Shown piece by piece: positions 28,369 through 36,053 of a DNA stretch of 40,891 bases. The stretch comes from Oscillospiraceae bacterium (GTDB lineage Bacteria > Bacillota > Clostridia > Oscillospirales > Oscillospiraceae), in NCBI GenBank assembly GCA_017409645.1, contig JAFQSI010000099.1, forward strand, positions 1 to 40,891, read 5' to 3'. A program made the translations under genes and the position numbers. Below the pieces are notes generated by a model. The model did no database searches, was not told where the DNA came from, and saw nothing but the letters and a program-made list of their open reading frames with translations. Each line of letters starts with the position of its first letter. Positions within the stretch are counted from its first letter, which is position 1.

Positions 28369-28875
28369 TTAAAAATCCAGCTGGTCCATGTCGGTGTCCC
28401 CAAAGGGGCATCCCGGATCATAGCCGCACAGCTCCGCAAACTCGTTCTCCGGCACCTGCACAGGCACCGGGTACTGCCCGGAAACGATGGCGGCATAATT
28501 GGGGTTGGTGTACGCAGGAGCCACCCCAGGAGCCGCAGGACGGCTCTCAGACCGGCTCTTGCTCTCACCGAAGTAGATATTGTCGGCGTTGACCTCTGCA
28601 CTCCTGCGCTTGTTCCCGTCCTTGTCGGTCCAGCCCCGGATCTGGAGCCGACCGGACACCACGATCATGCTGCCCTTACTGAAATACTTGGCGACAAATT
28701 CGCCCCGCTGGGCCCAGGCCACGCAGTCGATGAAGTCCGTCTCCTTCTCCTGCCCCTGGGCGGCATAGTCCCGTTCAACTGCCACGGTGAAGCTGGCCAC
28801 GGCGGTCCCACTCCCGGTCCGCCGCAGCTCCGGGTCCCGTGTCAGCCGACCCATGATTACAATGTGATTGAGCAT
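28369..28875 (-). CDS. ssb: Single-stranded DNA-binding protein
   Basis: MLNHIVIMGRLTRDPELR...ETDFIDCVAW...acidic tail ending LDF. Confidence 0.95.
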   Translation of the reverse strand: MLNHIVIMGRLTRDPELRRTGSGTAVASFTVAVERDYAAQGQEKETDFIDCVAWAQRGEFVAKYFSKGSMIVVSGRLQIRGWTDKDGNKRRSAEVNADNIYFGESKSRSESRPAAPGVAPAYTNPNYAAIVSGQYPVPVQVPENEFAELCGYDPGCPFGDTDMDQLDF

Positions 28876-29654
28876 TGTTCCTCCTCCGGCTCGAAGTTGC
28901 ACCAAAGCACCTCCGTGCGCCGTTCCTTGTTCTGGTTGTAACTCTTGAATTCTTTGCGGTGCCACCCCTGAAGGGCATCATCGTAAAGGTCGCTTGCGCA
29001 ACCGCTGAGAATCACGGAAGCCTTGCTCCGCAGAAGCTCCTGCAGCAGCTCCTCATGGTCCTGACGAGTCATTTCGTGGTTATACTGCTTGCCGCCTCTG
29101 GTTTCCATCAGATAGGGAGGATCACAGTAGATGGCGGCCTTGGGGTCGTTGCACTTGCGAATGAGATCCAGAGCAGGCCGGTTCTCGATACAAGCATCCT
29201 TCAGCCGCCGTGCGGCATCACGAATGGCATCGGGAACGCTGTTCCACTCCCGGACTGCATAGTTCCCTTCCCGTCCGCAGAGATCGATCTTGAAGCCGGT
29301 CTTCTTGTGGAGCTTGTAACCCCACCCCATCTTGGAACGGATCGCAAAGAACACAGCCTTCTCCATGTGGTCGACTTCCATTCCCCTGGCAACCCATGCC
29401 TCGTCATAGACTTCCCGGCTGTACGGGGTCAGTTCAATCCGCCGGGCCAGCTCGTCGGGAGCCTCACGCACCATGCGGAAGAAATTGACTGTATCCCCAT
29501 CCCGGTCATTGATGATCTCGATGGGGCTGGGGGCCTTGGTGAAGAACACCGCACCGCTTCCGAAGTACGGTTCCAGATATGTACGATGAGGCGGCAGCAT
29601 GGCGGCAATCTCCTCCGCCATGCCCCACTTACTCCCTGGATAGTTTAGGATCAT
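28857..29654 (-). CDS. DNA adenine methyltransferase (D12/Dam class)
   Basis: YPGSKW, EPYFGSG and DPPY motifs. Confidence 0.9.
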   Translation of the reverse strand: MILNYPGSKWGMAEEIAAMLPPHRTYLEPYFGSGAVFFTKAPSPIEIINDRDGDTVNFFRMVREAPDELARRIELTPYSREVYDEAWVARGMEVDHMEKAVFFAIRSKMGWGYKLHKKTGFKIDLCGREGNYAVREWNSVPDAIRDAARRLKDACIENRPALDLIRKCNDPKAAIYCDPPYLMETRGGKQYNHEMTRQDHEELLQELLRSKASVILSGCASDLYDDALQGWHRKEFKSYNQNKERRTEVLWCNFEPEEEQCSITL

Positions 29655-29987
29655 TTATGTATCTCCTTCTGCCACAATGTTTCCCCGTTCGTTTTCGACG
29701 ATGGATTTAATTGCTGAATACTTTGATTTGTCCGACTTGTACCACAGCCAGACAGTTGACCATCCGTAATCACCGACAGGTTGCCGCAAAGCGGAGCAGA
29801 TGTAATAAACTCCCTTGTCAGCGTCTACCAACAAATCCACCTTTTCGGGGCCAAAGAAAGAATTTCCCGTATAAAGTGCCGTACCAACGAAGTCGTAGTC
29901 TATCGGTGCATACTGTTCCTCGTCGTTCGAAGGCTCTCCTATCTGCTCAAACCACTCTTCCGGGAGTATTCTATAAATATCGATCAA
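29655..29987 (-). CDS. AT-rich hypothetical protein
   Basis: TTG start after GGAGG; visibly lower GC than its neighbours. Confidence 0.65.
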   Translation of the reverse strand: MIDIYRILPEEWFEQIGEPSNDEEQYAPIDYDFVGTALYTGNSFFGPEKVDLLVDADKGVYYICSALRQPVGDYGWSTVWLWYKSDKSKYSAIKSIVENERGNIVAEGDT

Positions 29988-30002
29988 TTATGCGCCTCCA
30001 GA

Positions 30003-30028
30003 GGGACGGCACACAGGCCGTCCCCTAC
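30003..30028 (-). repeat. GTAG-type REP-like palindrome, copy 1
   Basis: GTAGGGGACGGCCTGTGTGCCGTCCC on the minus strand. Confidence 0.75.
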
Positions 30029-30030
30029 GG

Positions 30031-30240
30031 TTATTCTCTAACAATCCGCTTGGCCCGGACACTGGCGCGGCCATCCTTGGTCGTTGCCACATTGGAAATG
30101 CACCAGATGTCAAACCGGGCGATCTCGTGCATCAGAAGCAGGATGCCGGGTGTGCCGTTGCGGAAGCCCCAGTTGGCGGCGTTCCGGCTGACACCCGTGG
30201 ACATGAGCTTCTTGCGGAATCTCTTGGCTCGCTTCGTCAT
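30031..30240 (-). CDS. Hypothetical protein
   Basis: 69 aa, ATGA-coupled; KKLMSTGVSRNAA motif. Confidence 0.65.
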   Translation of the reverse strand: MTKRAKRFRKKLMSTGVSRNAANWGFRNGTPGILLLMHEIARFDIWCISNVATTKDGRASVRAKRIVRE

Positions 30241-30623
30241 GCTCTTTCCTCCCCTCTGACGATCCCGAAGGGCAGCTTCAGAACCATGTCCATCAGCTTT
30301 TCGGCCTCGTCCTCCTCCAGGCCCACGATATCCCGCTCGCCGTTCCGGTAGCCCAGCTTCATCAGAATGATGTTGTCGGCAATGGGATGACCGTGGATGT
30401 GGGTCTGGTAGAAGTAGGAGCCGACCAGATTCTTGGGCAGACCGTGCAGCAGCCCCTCCTCATTGACCAGCATCATGTAGGGCCGCACAAGGCCCCTTGG
30501 ATACACCGTCTCGATCCACCCGCCCAGGGTGCTTTCGCAGCTGCGGTGCAGGGGATAGCCGAACTCCTTGACATAGGCCCGGCCGTCCGTGGTCACCACC
30601 ACGCCTCTTGCGGTATCAGCCAT
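30237..30623 (-). CDS. DUF3846-like protein
   Basis: LGGWIETV...MLVNEEGLLHGLPKN...HPIADNIIL. Confidence 0.75.
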   Translation of the reverse strand: MADTARGVVVTTDGRAYVKEFGYPLHRSCESTLGGWIETVYPRGLVRPYMMLVNEEGLLHGLPKNLVGSYFYQTHIHGHPIADNIILMKLGYRNGERDIVGLEEDEAEKLMDMVLKLPFGIVRGEERA

Positions 30624-30834
30624 TGTTGCCGCCCTCCTCATAGACCTTCAGCTCTGCATAGAGCTGGCGAACGAGATGCCGCAGCGTGTCTTTCTTCACA
30701 CCGTTGATGGTGGGGCCGTTCAGGATCAGCTCCAGAACACCGTCTCCAAGGTCCTGGATCTTGACCTCGCCATCCATGTACCTGGAAGCGGTCTGGTCAA
30801 CATCAACGCTGGGGCGGGTCAGTCTCTCAGCCAT
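30616..30834 (-). CDS. Hypothetical protein
   Basis: MAERLT...LKVYEE; SD GGAGG; overlaps its neighbours. Confidence 0.65.
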   Translation of the reverse strand: MAERLTRPSVDVDQTASRYMDGEVKIQDLGDGVLELILNGPTINGVKKDTLRHLVRQLYAELKVYEEGGNNG

Positions 30835-31693
30835 TGCCGTCACCTCCGCCAGTCAGCTCCCCGATGCGCTCCAGCATCTTCCGATACAGGTGCATGGGCA
30901 TCCCGTCGGTGGATTCGCAGCCCACCTCACTGAGCAGGGTGCGCAGCACCTCATGGCTGTCCTGCCCGAAGTGGTTCTTCAGAGTCCGCAGCATGGCCTG
31001 CCGCTGCTCCTGGGTGATGGGCTTCAGGTCCTCCATAGTCAGGCCCTTGGCCTCCACGGTAACGGTTCCGGGGTCAATGGGAGCGGCGGAGCCGTCCAGA
31101 TCCATCTCCAGAACCTCGTCCTGGCTGTAGATGCCCATGATCATTTCGGGGCAGTTGACACGGCCAAAGAAGCTGGCGGCCCGGTACTGGATCATCACGC
31201 CGGGCATACTCTGCCACTTGCTGCCGTTCTTGCCGACCCAGCCCTCGGCCTTTGCCATCTTCATGGTGATCTTGGGGCCGGTGACCTTGTTGCCCGCATG
31301 ATCGATGGCCCAGGCGAAACAGCTCAGACCGTCGTCGGCGGCATCATAGCCCATTTCATACTGAAGCACGGTCTTGTACTTGCGGGAGTTGTTGATCATG
31401 GCGATGATCCACTGTGCGCTCCATGCGGGGCGGCCCTGGATCACATGGAGATGCTGCATGACCATCATGGGGCTGGTGTTCAGCCGGACGGACATCTCCA
31501 CGGCAATCATGCAGTTGCTGGGGTTGCCCTGGTATTCCCGGGGGATGATGGTGCTTTTGGACAGGGTGTCCGCCATCTGCATGGCGGCGGCGAAGGTCTG
31601 GGGATCAGAGAAAATAGTCATCATGCCGCCCTGGGGAGCGGCGGGCATCGCCATACCCTGGGGGGGCATGGCCTGCATTACGTTGCTGCTCAT
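30827..31693 (-). CDS. RecT/Red-beta-like single-strand annealing recombinase
   Basis: IPREYQGNPSNCMIA...VMQHLHVIQGRPAWSAQ...SKWQSMPGVMIQYRAASFFGR; next to an exonuclease. Confidence 0.8.
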   Translation of the reverse strand: MSSNVMQAMPPQGMAMPAAPQGGMMTIFSDPQTFAAAMQMADTLSKSTIIPREYQGNPSNCMIAVEMSVRLNTSPMMVMQHLHVIQGRPAWSAQWIIAMINNSRKYKTVLQYEMGYDAADDGLSCFAWAIDHAGNKVTGPKITMKMAKAEGWVGKNGSKWQSMPGVMIQYRAASFFGRVNCPEMIMGIYSQDEVLEMDLDGSAAPIDPGTVTVEAKGLTMEDLKPITQEQRQAMLRTLKNHFGQDSHEVLRTLLSEVGCESTDGMPMHLYRKMLERIGELTGGGDGNG

Positions 31694-31705
31694 GGTATAT
31701 CCTCC

Positions 31706-32398
31706 TTATGCTCTCTTTGCGCTGATGATGGCGGTTTCCCGGTAGGTGATGCCGGGGATCTGAATGGTGCCCTTGCTGGCCTTGATCAGGGCCATGACAG
31801 CCTTCTCGTCCACGGGGCGGATGACCACGCCGTTCAGAGTCACGGGGACCTTGTCGGGGTCAATGCCGGTGATCTCCCAGCCCTTGCGGCTGGAAATGCC
31901 CTTGGCCTTGGGCGTGGCCAGGTGGACGATGGCACCGGCAGCGGCATCATCCATGATCTCCGCCTCCACCATCGCCATCTCGGCCCCCAGAGCATCGCCG
32001 GATGCCTCAGCAGCCACGGCGGCGGAGAAAGCCTTTTCCCGCTCGGCCTCGGCGGCCCTGCGCAGCTTCTCCTCCTGCTCCCGGCGGGCCTGTTCGGCCT
32101 TGCGCTGATACTCGCCCATCTTGCCCTTGATGACCTTCTCAGCCTTGTCCAGGGGGGTGGTCATGTCCTTCTTGCGGGACAGAACAGAGTCGTAGGCCGC
32201 CTTGGTGGCCTTGCGCAGGGGCTCAAAGAAGTCCGTGACGGTCTTCTGCTGGGTCTTGATCCGCTGCAAAAACGCAGCGGCCTGGTTGTAGCGCTCGTCG
32301 CTGTCGATGACCAGATTGTTGGCGGCGGCCTCCAGGCCGGTGACCACGGTGGTCATCTGCTTCTCGGCCTGTTCGGGGGTTGCAATGATTTCTGCCAT
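31706..32398 (-). CDS. Coiled-coil recombination-module protein (Gp157/Gam-like)
   Basis: Long coiled coil and C-terminal KGISSRKGW...DEKAV...IPGI; between exonuclease and annealase. Confidence 0.55.
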   Translation of the reverse strand: MAEIIATPEQAEKQMTTVVTGLEAAANNLVIDSDERYNQAAAFLQRIKTQQKTVTDFFEPLRKATKAAYDSVLSRKKDMTTPLDKAEKVIKGKMGEYQRKAEQARREQEEKLRRAAEAEREKAFSAAVAAEASGDALGAEMAMVEAEIMDDAAAGAIVHLATPKAKGISSRKGWEITGIDPDKVPVTLNGVVIRPVDEKAVMALIKASKGTIQIPGITYRETAIISAKRA

Positions 32399-32410
32399 AG
32401 GTAACACTCC

Positions 32411-33028
32411 TTATTTGTCGTAAGACTTGGTGTAGTCGTAGATGTTTTTCAGGCTGCCGAATACCCGCCATGCGGCGGAATCCCCGGCAGGGAAGCCGGG
32501 GAAGTCCCAGCTCCCATCCTTGCGAAGGTGCAGCGCACCCTTCCGGGCCGCCTTCACGCCCAGGGATTCCAACGCCCTGGCGTAGGCCTCCAGCTGTACC
32601 CGCACCAGCATCTCAGACAGGGTGCTGGTGCTTTTGTAGTCGATGATCCAAAGCTCATCGCCGATCATGCAGACCAGATCGGCGGTTCCGGCGTAACGCA
32701 GCAGCTTGTGATACAGCCGCAGCTCCGAGCCGACGACGGTGGGCTCATATTTGCGCCACCAGTCGTAGAAGGCATCGAAGTATTCCATATACGGAGCCGG
32801 GATGTCCACGATCCCGAAGTTCAGCCAGTTCTCAATGGCGTTATGCACGGCGGTTCCCCGCCCTGCGGCCTTCTGGAGTACATCCTCCGGGATGGTCTTG
32901 TAGAATCGATCGCTCAGAGGCTTCATCAGCGTGGTCACGGAGGGCAGCACCTCGGAGCCGATCCGATACACATGGTTCCGCTCGTCAAACTCCAGCTCCG
33001 GCACAGGGGGAATCTCGATCATACTCAT
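32411..33028 (-). CDS. PD-(D/E)XK exonuclease
   Basis: PSVTT, RGTAVH, E..L, YAGTADL, IIDYKS and QLEAY motifs. Confidence 0.85.
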   Translation of the reverse strand: MSMIEIPPVPELEFDERNHVYRIGSEVLPSVTTLMKPLSDRFYKTIPEDVLQKAAGRGTAVHNAIENWLNFGIVDIPAPYMEYFDAFYDWWRKYEPTVVGSELRLYHKLLRYAGTADLVCMIGDELWIIDYKSTSTLSEMLVRVQLEAYARALESLGVKAARKGALHLRKDGSWDFPGFPAGDSAAWRVFGSLKNIYDYTKSYDK

Positions 33029-33270
33029 TCCTCCTTAGGTTCCCACTTCGTGGGAGCAAATCGTACACCCTCGGCCACTCCGCTGATGCAGGTGTAGCAG
33101 GGAAGATTATCGTCGAATACACGCCCGTCGTGGCGGCAGCTGTCGCAGGTCTTTTGCCCGTCTATCAGCCGCCGTGCAGCCTCCTGAATCAGAGAGCGGA
33201 CAGGTGCGTCATATCCCGCAAAGACCTGGATCAGCTTCTCGCCCAGCTCCTTATCGGTCATTCTGCGCAT
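33025..33270 (-). CDS. Hypothetical Cys-containing protein
   Basis: IQEAARRL...CDSCRH...PCYTC; coupled to its neighbours. Confidence 0.65.
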   Translation of the reverse strand: MRRMTDKELGEKLIQVFAGYDAPVRSLIQEAARRLIDGQKTCDSCRHDGRVFDDNLPCYTCISGVAEGVRFAPTKWEPKEE

Positions 33271-33470
33271 CGTTGCCCTGCCTCCTTATTCCACGCCCGC
33301 AGGCTCCGCTTCCAGTAGCCGCAGTGCATACAGCACACGCCGATGGGGTGGTGCAGATTCCACCGGCGGATCCATGCCGGCGTGGTGATCTTGAAGGGCC
33401 ACCCTGCGGCCAGGATACGATGCCCACACTTGGGGCAGGGCTTGGCAGTCAGCCGTCCCTTGTTGGTCAT
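33258..33470 (-). CDS. Small Zn-ribbon protein
   Basis: KPCPKCG...CCMHCGY...RAWN (Lar-like pattern). Confidence 0.6.
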   Translation of the reverse strand: MTNKGRLTAKPCPKCGHRILAAGWPFKITTPAWIRRWNLHHPIGVCCMHCGYWKRSLRAWNKEAGQRCAE

Positions 33471-33475
33471 AATAG

Positions 33476-33563
33476 TTGACTTTCCTTTCTAGGGATGTTA
33501 AAATATCCCCGATGCAATTTGTGTCGCCGCTTCCCGGTCTTGCCCACCGGGGGCGGCTTTTTT
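33476..33563 (+). promoter_or_regulatory. Antisense promoter plus hairpin terminator (short RNA unit)
   Basis: TTGACT-17 nt-TAAAAT with TG extension (33476-33504), then GCCGCTTCCCGGT-loop-ACCGGGGGCGGC-TTTTTT. Confidence 0.55.
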
Positions 33564-33565
33564 AC

Positions 33566-33736
33566 TTAGTGGACCTGCGCCGCAAAGAGCAGCGCAGCCA
33601 GCAGCCCGGTCAGCACCCAGGTGCAGAGCCGCCACAGCTTCTCGCCAGGGTCGTTCTCTCTGCGGTACCGCCAGTACTGGAGCTTCTCCACGTTGATGTT
33701 GTTGACATCAACGTACCGCTCATCCCAGTGGATCAT
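33566..33736 (-). CDS. Small membrane protein
   Basis: Not in the ORF track; MIHWDERY...LWRLCTWVLTGLLAALLFAAQVH; SD GGAGG; ATGA overlap. Confidence 0.65.
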   Translation of the reverse strand: MIHWDERYVDVNNINVEKLQYWRYRRENDPGEKLWRLCTWVLTGLLAALLFAAQVH

Positions 33737-33957
33737 GCTCTCACCTCCTCCGGGGTCTTCTCACGGATGAAGGCGGCCACATCCACGGTGAAGATTTCAA
33801 AGGACCGCCGCCCGGACCGCTCGTCCTTGCTGACCAGCCGCCCGAAGGGGTAAAACCCGCCCTCGATGCCGTCGCTGAGTTTGGCGGCGGTCATGGGAAT
33901 CCCGGCCTCCCGCAGCATCCGTGCCGCCTCATTCACATTCAGTGTCAGTTTTGCCAT
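33733..33957 (-). CDS. Excisionase-like winged-HTH protein
   Basis: TLNVNEAARML...GIEGGFYPFG...RSFEIF. Confidence 0.65.
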   Translation of the reverse strand: MAKLTLNVNEAARMLREAGIPMTAAKLSDGIEGGFYPFGRLVSKDERSGRRSFEIFTVDVAAFIREKTPEEVRA

Positions 33958-34363
33958 CACTAGCACCTCCATTCACTTCGAAAGGGGACGGCCTCACAGC
34001 CACATGAACCGTCGCCCGGAAGACCGTGGAATCTCTCGGCAGGGCATATTGGAACGAGGTCACGCACCCGCTGTCAGGCAGGGCGTCGCCCATCTTCATA
34101 GCCAGCTCCCGCCGCACATGGCCCTCCGCCAGCTCGTCAACATTGTCGCAGAGCATAAAGTTCGGGATTTCCGCACTTGCGGTGAGCTTTCGCAGGGTGT
34201 ACCCCTGGAAGGTCGGAACGGGCCGGGGGCCGCACATGATATCCTGGCACAGGAAGCGGTTCCCGGACCGCTGGATGGCCCGGTAGCCCCGAATAAAGGC
34301 TGCGGCATCGTTGCGGGATACACCGATGCCCATGAGCTGCTTTTGCAGTTTATTGCCGGCCAT
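33929..34363 (-). CDS. Hypothetical protein
   Basis: SD GGAGG; QKQLMGIGVSRNDA motif. Confidence 0.65.
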   Translation of the reverse strand: MAGNKLQKQLMGIGVSRNDAAAFIRGYRAIQRSGNRFLCQDIMCGPRPVPTFQGYTLRKLTASAEIPNFMLCDNVDELAEGHVRRELAMKMGDALPDSGCVTSFQYALPRDSTVFRATVHVAVRPSPFEVNGGASDGKTDTECE

Positions 34364-34709
34364 GCTCCGCCTCCGATCCTTTCGGCATCGGCATCCAGCC
34401 GATGATCTTCTTGACACGGGTCCCGTAGACCTTCCACCAGCCGCCGAGATCCCGGTAGCCCTGCTCCGTGATGGGCGGCTTGCCGGGGTCCTTGACCCGG
34501 CACACCAGCACCGGCTCGAACTGCGCCGGGGGATCGTTCACGGGGTCACGCCATGTGGTCAGCTCCTCGAGGGCTTCGGCGGCCCGGTGCTTGATGGCAT
34601 CGGCACACATACCCGGCAGCCCGGACTTCTCGTGCAGCCCATCCAGGGGGCAGCCATCACAGCTCGATGCATGGGCGCAATGCTTAAGGGCAATAATCAG
34701 ATCATTCAT
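34350..34709 (-). CDS. DUF551-like protein with N-terminal Cys motif
   Basis: ALKHC...CDGCPL...AAEALEEL...IIGWMPMP. Confidence 0.7.
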   Translation of the reverse strand: MNDLIIALKHCAHASSCDGCPLDGLHEKSGLPGMCADAIKHRAAEALEELTTWRDPVNDPPAQFEPVLVCRVKDPGKPPITEQGYRDLGGWWKVYGTRVKKIIGWMPMPKGSEAEHGRQ

Positions 34710-35262
34710 GGCCCACCTCCGGCCCCTTGGGCATGGGCTTCCAGTGGGTGACGAAGTCATCGATAGCACCCTGCTTGCCGTCCTCGTTGTAAACGCAGTA
34801 TTCATACCAGCCCTCGGGGACTTTCCAATCATCGCGGTCTTCGTCGTATTCGGCGTTGCAAGCACTGAGGAAATCCTCTTCCCAATACCAGCTGCTGTCC
34901 TCGCGCCACACAGACCCGTCCTCGTACATACCGGTTGTGGCCACATTGTATGTGCCCTTGTTGGTCCTGCGCTCTGCCATGACCCACACCCTGGTTTCCG
35001 GATCCGGCTTCCGCTCCTCCACAGGAACCCACCGATTCTCCTCCCGGAGCTTCGCCAGCTCGGCCTCCAGCTCCCCGATCCGCTTGGCCTGGGCCTCGAT
35101 CATGTCGGCGGCCTGTTCGTTCAGTTCATCGAAGCAGTCACACTCAAAGAACCGCCCATGGAGCGCACACAAGTGACATTTTGAGGCACTCCCGCCTCCT
35201 ACCTCGATGCACGCCCTCAGAGACTTGGCGATCTCCTCCGGCGTAAATTTTCGTTCGTTCAT
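34702..35262 (-). CDS. DUF551-like protein
   Basis: WVPVEERKP...EGWYE...VTHWKPMPKGP. Confidence 0.75.
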   Translation of the reverse strand: MNERKFTPEEIAKSLRACIEVGGGSASKCHLCALHGRFFECDCFDELNEQAADMIEAQAKRIGELEAELAKLREENRWVPVEERKPDPETRVWVMAERRTNKGTYNVATTGMYEDGSVWREDSSWYWEEDFLSACNAEYDEDRDDWKVPEGWYEYCVYNEDGKQGAIDDFVTHWKPMPKGPEVGHE

Positions 35263-35294
35263 AAAATCCTCCTTATTGGCTTGGGGTGATTGTC

Positions 35295-35365
35295 AGTGCT
35301 GAGTTCTGAGTGCTGAATGCTGAGTGATTCTCCAATTCAGCACTATGCACTATGCACTCAGCACT
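35295..35365. repeat. Inverted heptamer-repeat element
   Basis: agtgctg agttctg agtgctg aatgctg ... tcagcac tatgcac tatgcac tcagcact. Confidence 0.7.
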
Positions 35366-35501
35366 TTTTCTCGTCGGGCTGATCCCGGTTCATGGCCTGG
35401 GCCGTCTCGACGGTCCCGATGATCCGGCCCTGTACGAAGGGGGGCAGGGTGTCAAAAACCTTGCCCAGGTCGTCCAGCTTCTTCTTGATCTCCTCGGACA
35501 T
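35358..35501 (-). CDS. 47-aa early protein
   Basis: Not in the ORF track; SD AGGAGGTG; MSEEIKKKLDDLGKVFDTLPPFVQGRIIGTVETAQAMNRDQPDEKKC. Confidence 0.7.
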   Translation of the reverse strand: MSEEIKKKLDDLGKVFDTLPPFVQGRIIGTVETAQAMNRDQPDEKKC

Positions 35502-35545
35502 ATCATTCACCTCCTGTAGTCGTGGTGGTTGGCTTGGGGTTTTCT

Positions 35546-35571
35546 GTAGGGGACGGCCTCCGTGCCGTCCC
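35546..35571 (+). repeat. GTAG-type REP-like palindrome, copy 2
   Basis: GTAGGGGACGGCCTCCGTGCCGTCCC. Confidence 0.75.
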
Positions 35572-35658
35572 CTGGGGAACCTCCCGGACTCTCACCGGGC
35601 CTGATGTTCTCTATTCCTCGTTGTGGGACTGGAAATGGCATCTAATCAAAGCGCTCCC

Positions 35659-35734
35659 TGGAGGGCAGGGCGGGTGTCGAACCTCGCCATCTCCGGCTGT
35701 GCTGCCGGTGTGTTCCCCGGAACACCTCCTGCCC
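35659..35734 (-). ncRNA. tRNA-like element (degenerate tRNA-Cys-like)
   Basis: GGGCAGG/CCTGCCC acceptor, U73 + CCA, GTGTT/AACAC D-stem, CCGGC/GCCGG stem with a 6-nt loop AGCACA, TTCGACA T-loop with a bulged T-stem. Confidence 0.65.
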
Positions 35735-35954
35735 GGATTGCCATTGATGCCCCCAATGGCCGGAAGGGGGGGGCGATCCCCGCCGGAACCTCCCCGGCAG
35801 TTCTTCGCCCTGCCCGGATGCGGCCGGGCCGTGCGAGGGTGGAATTTGGCGGAAGGTAAGCACACTGACCACCCTTACTTGGACGGGGAAAGGACCCGAA
35901 CCGGGATGCCGCCCGGCCCGGTAAAACACCCGGAGCCTCAGTCTTGCGCACCTT

Positions 35955-36029
35955 TGGAGGAGGTAACGGGAGTCGAACCCGCCTTTCCTGGTTGGGAACC
36001 AGGCGTCTTAACCGATGGACGATACCTCC
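35955..36029 (-). tRNA. tRNA with CCC anticodon (nominally tRNA-Gly)
   Basis: GGAGGTA/TACCTCC acceptor, CCTGG-TTCCCAA-CCAGG anticodon arm, GCGGG-TTCGACT-CCCGT T arm, U73, encoded CCA; 75 nt. Confidence 0.9.
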
Positions 36030-36053
36030 GTGTAGGGGCCGCAGCCCCGAAGA

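Noticed and set aside
35755-35940. Additional tRNA genes suggested by minus-strand ...CCA ends
   Set aside because: No matching acceptor 5' strand or canonical T arm could be built by eye; kept only as generic structured RNA.
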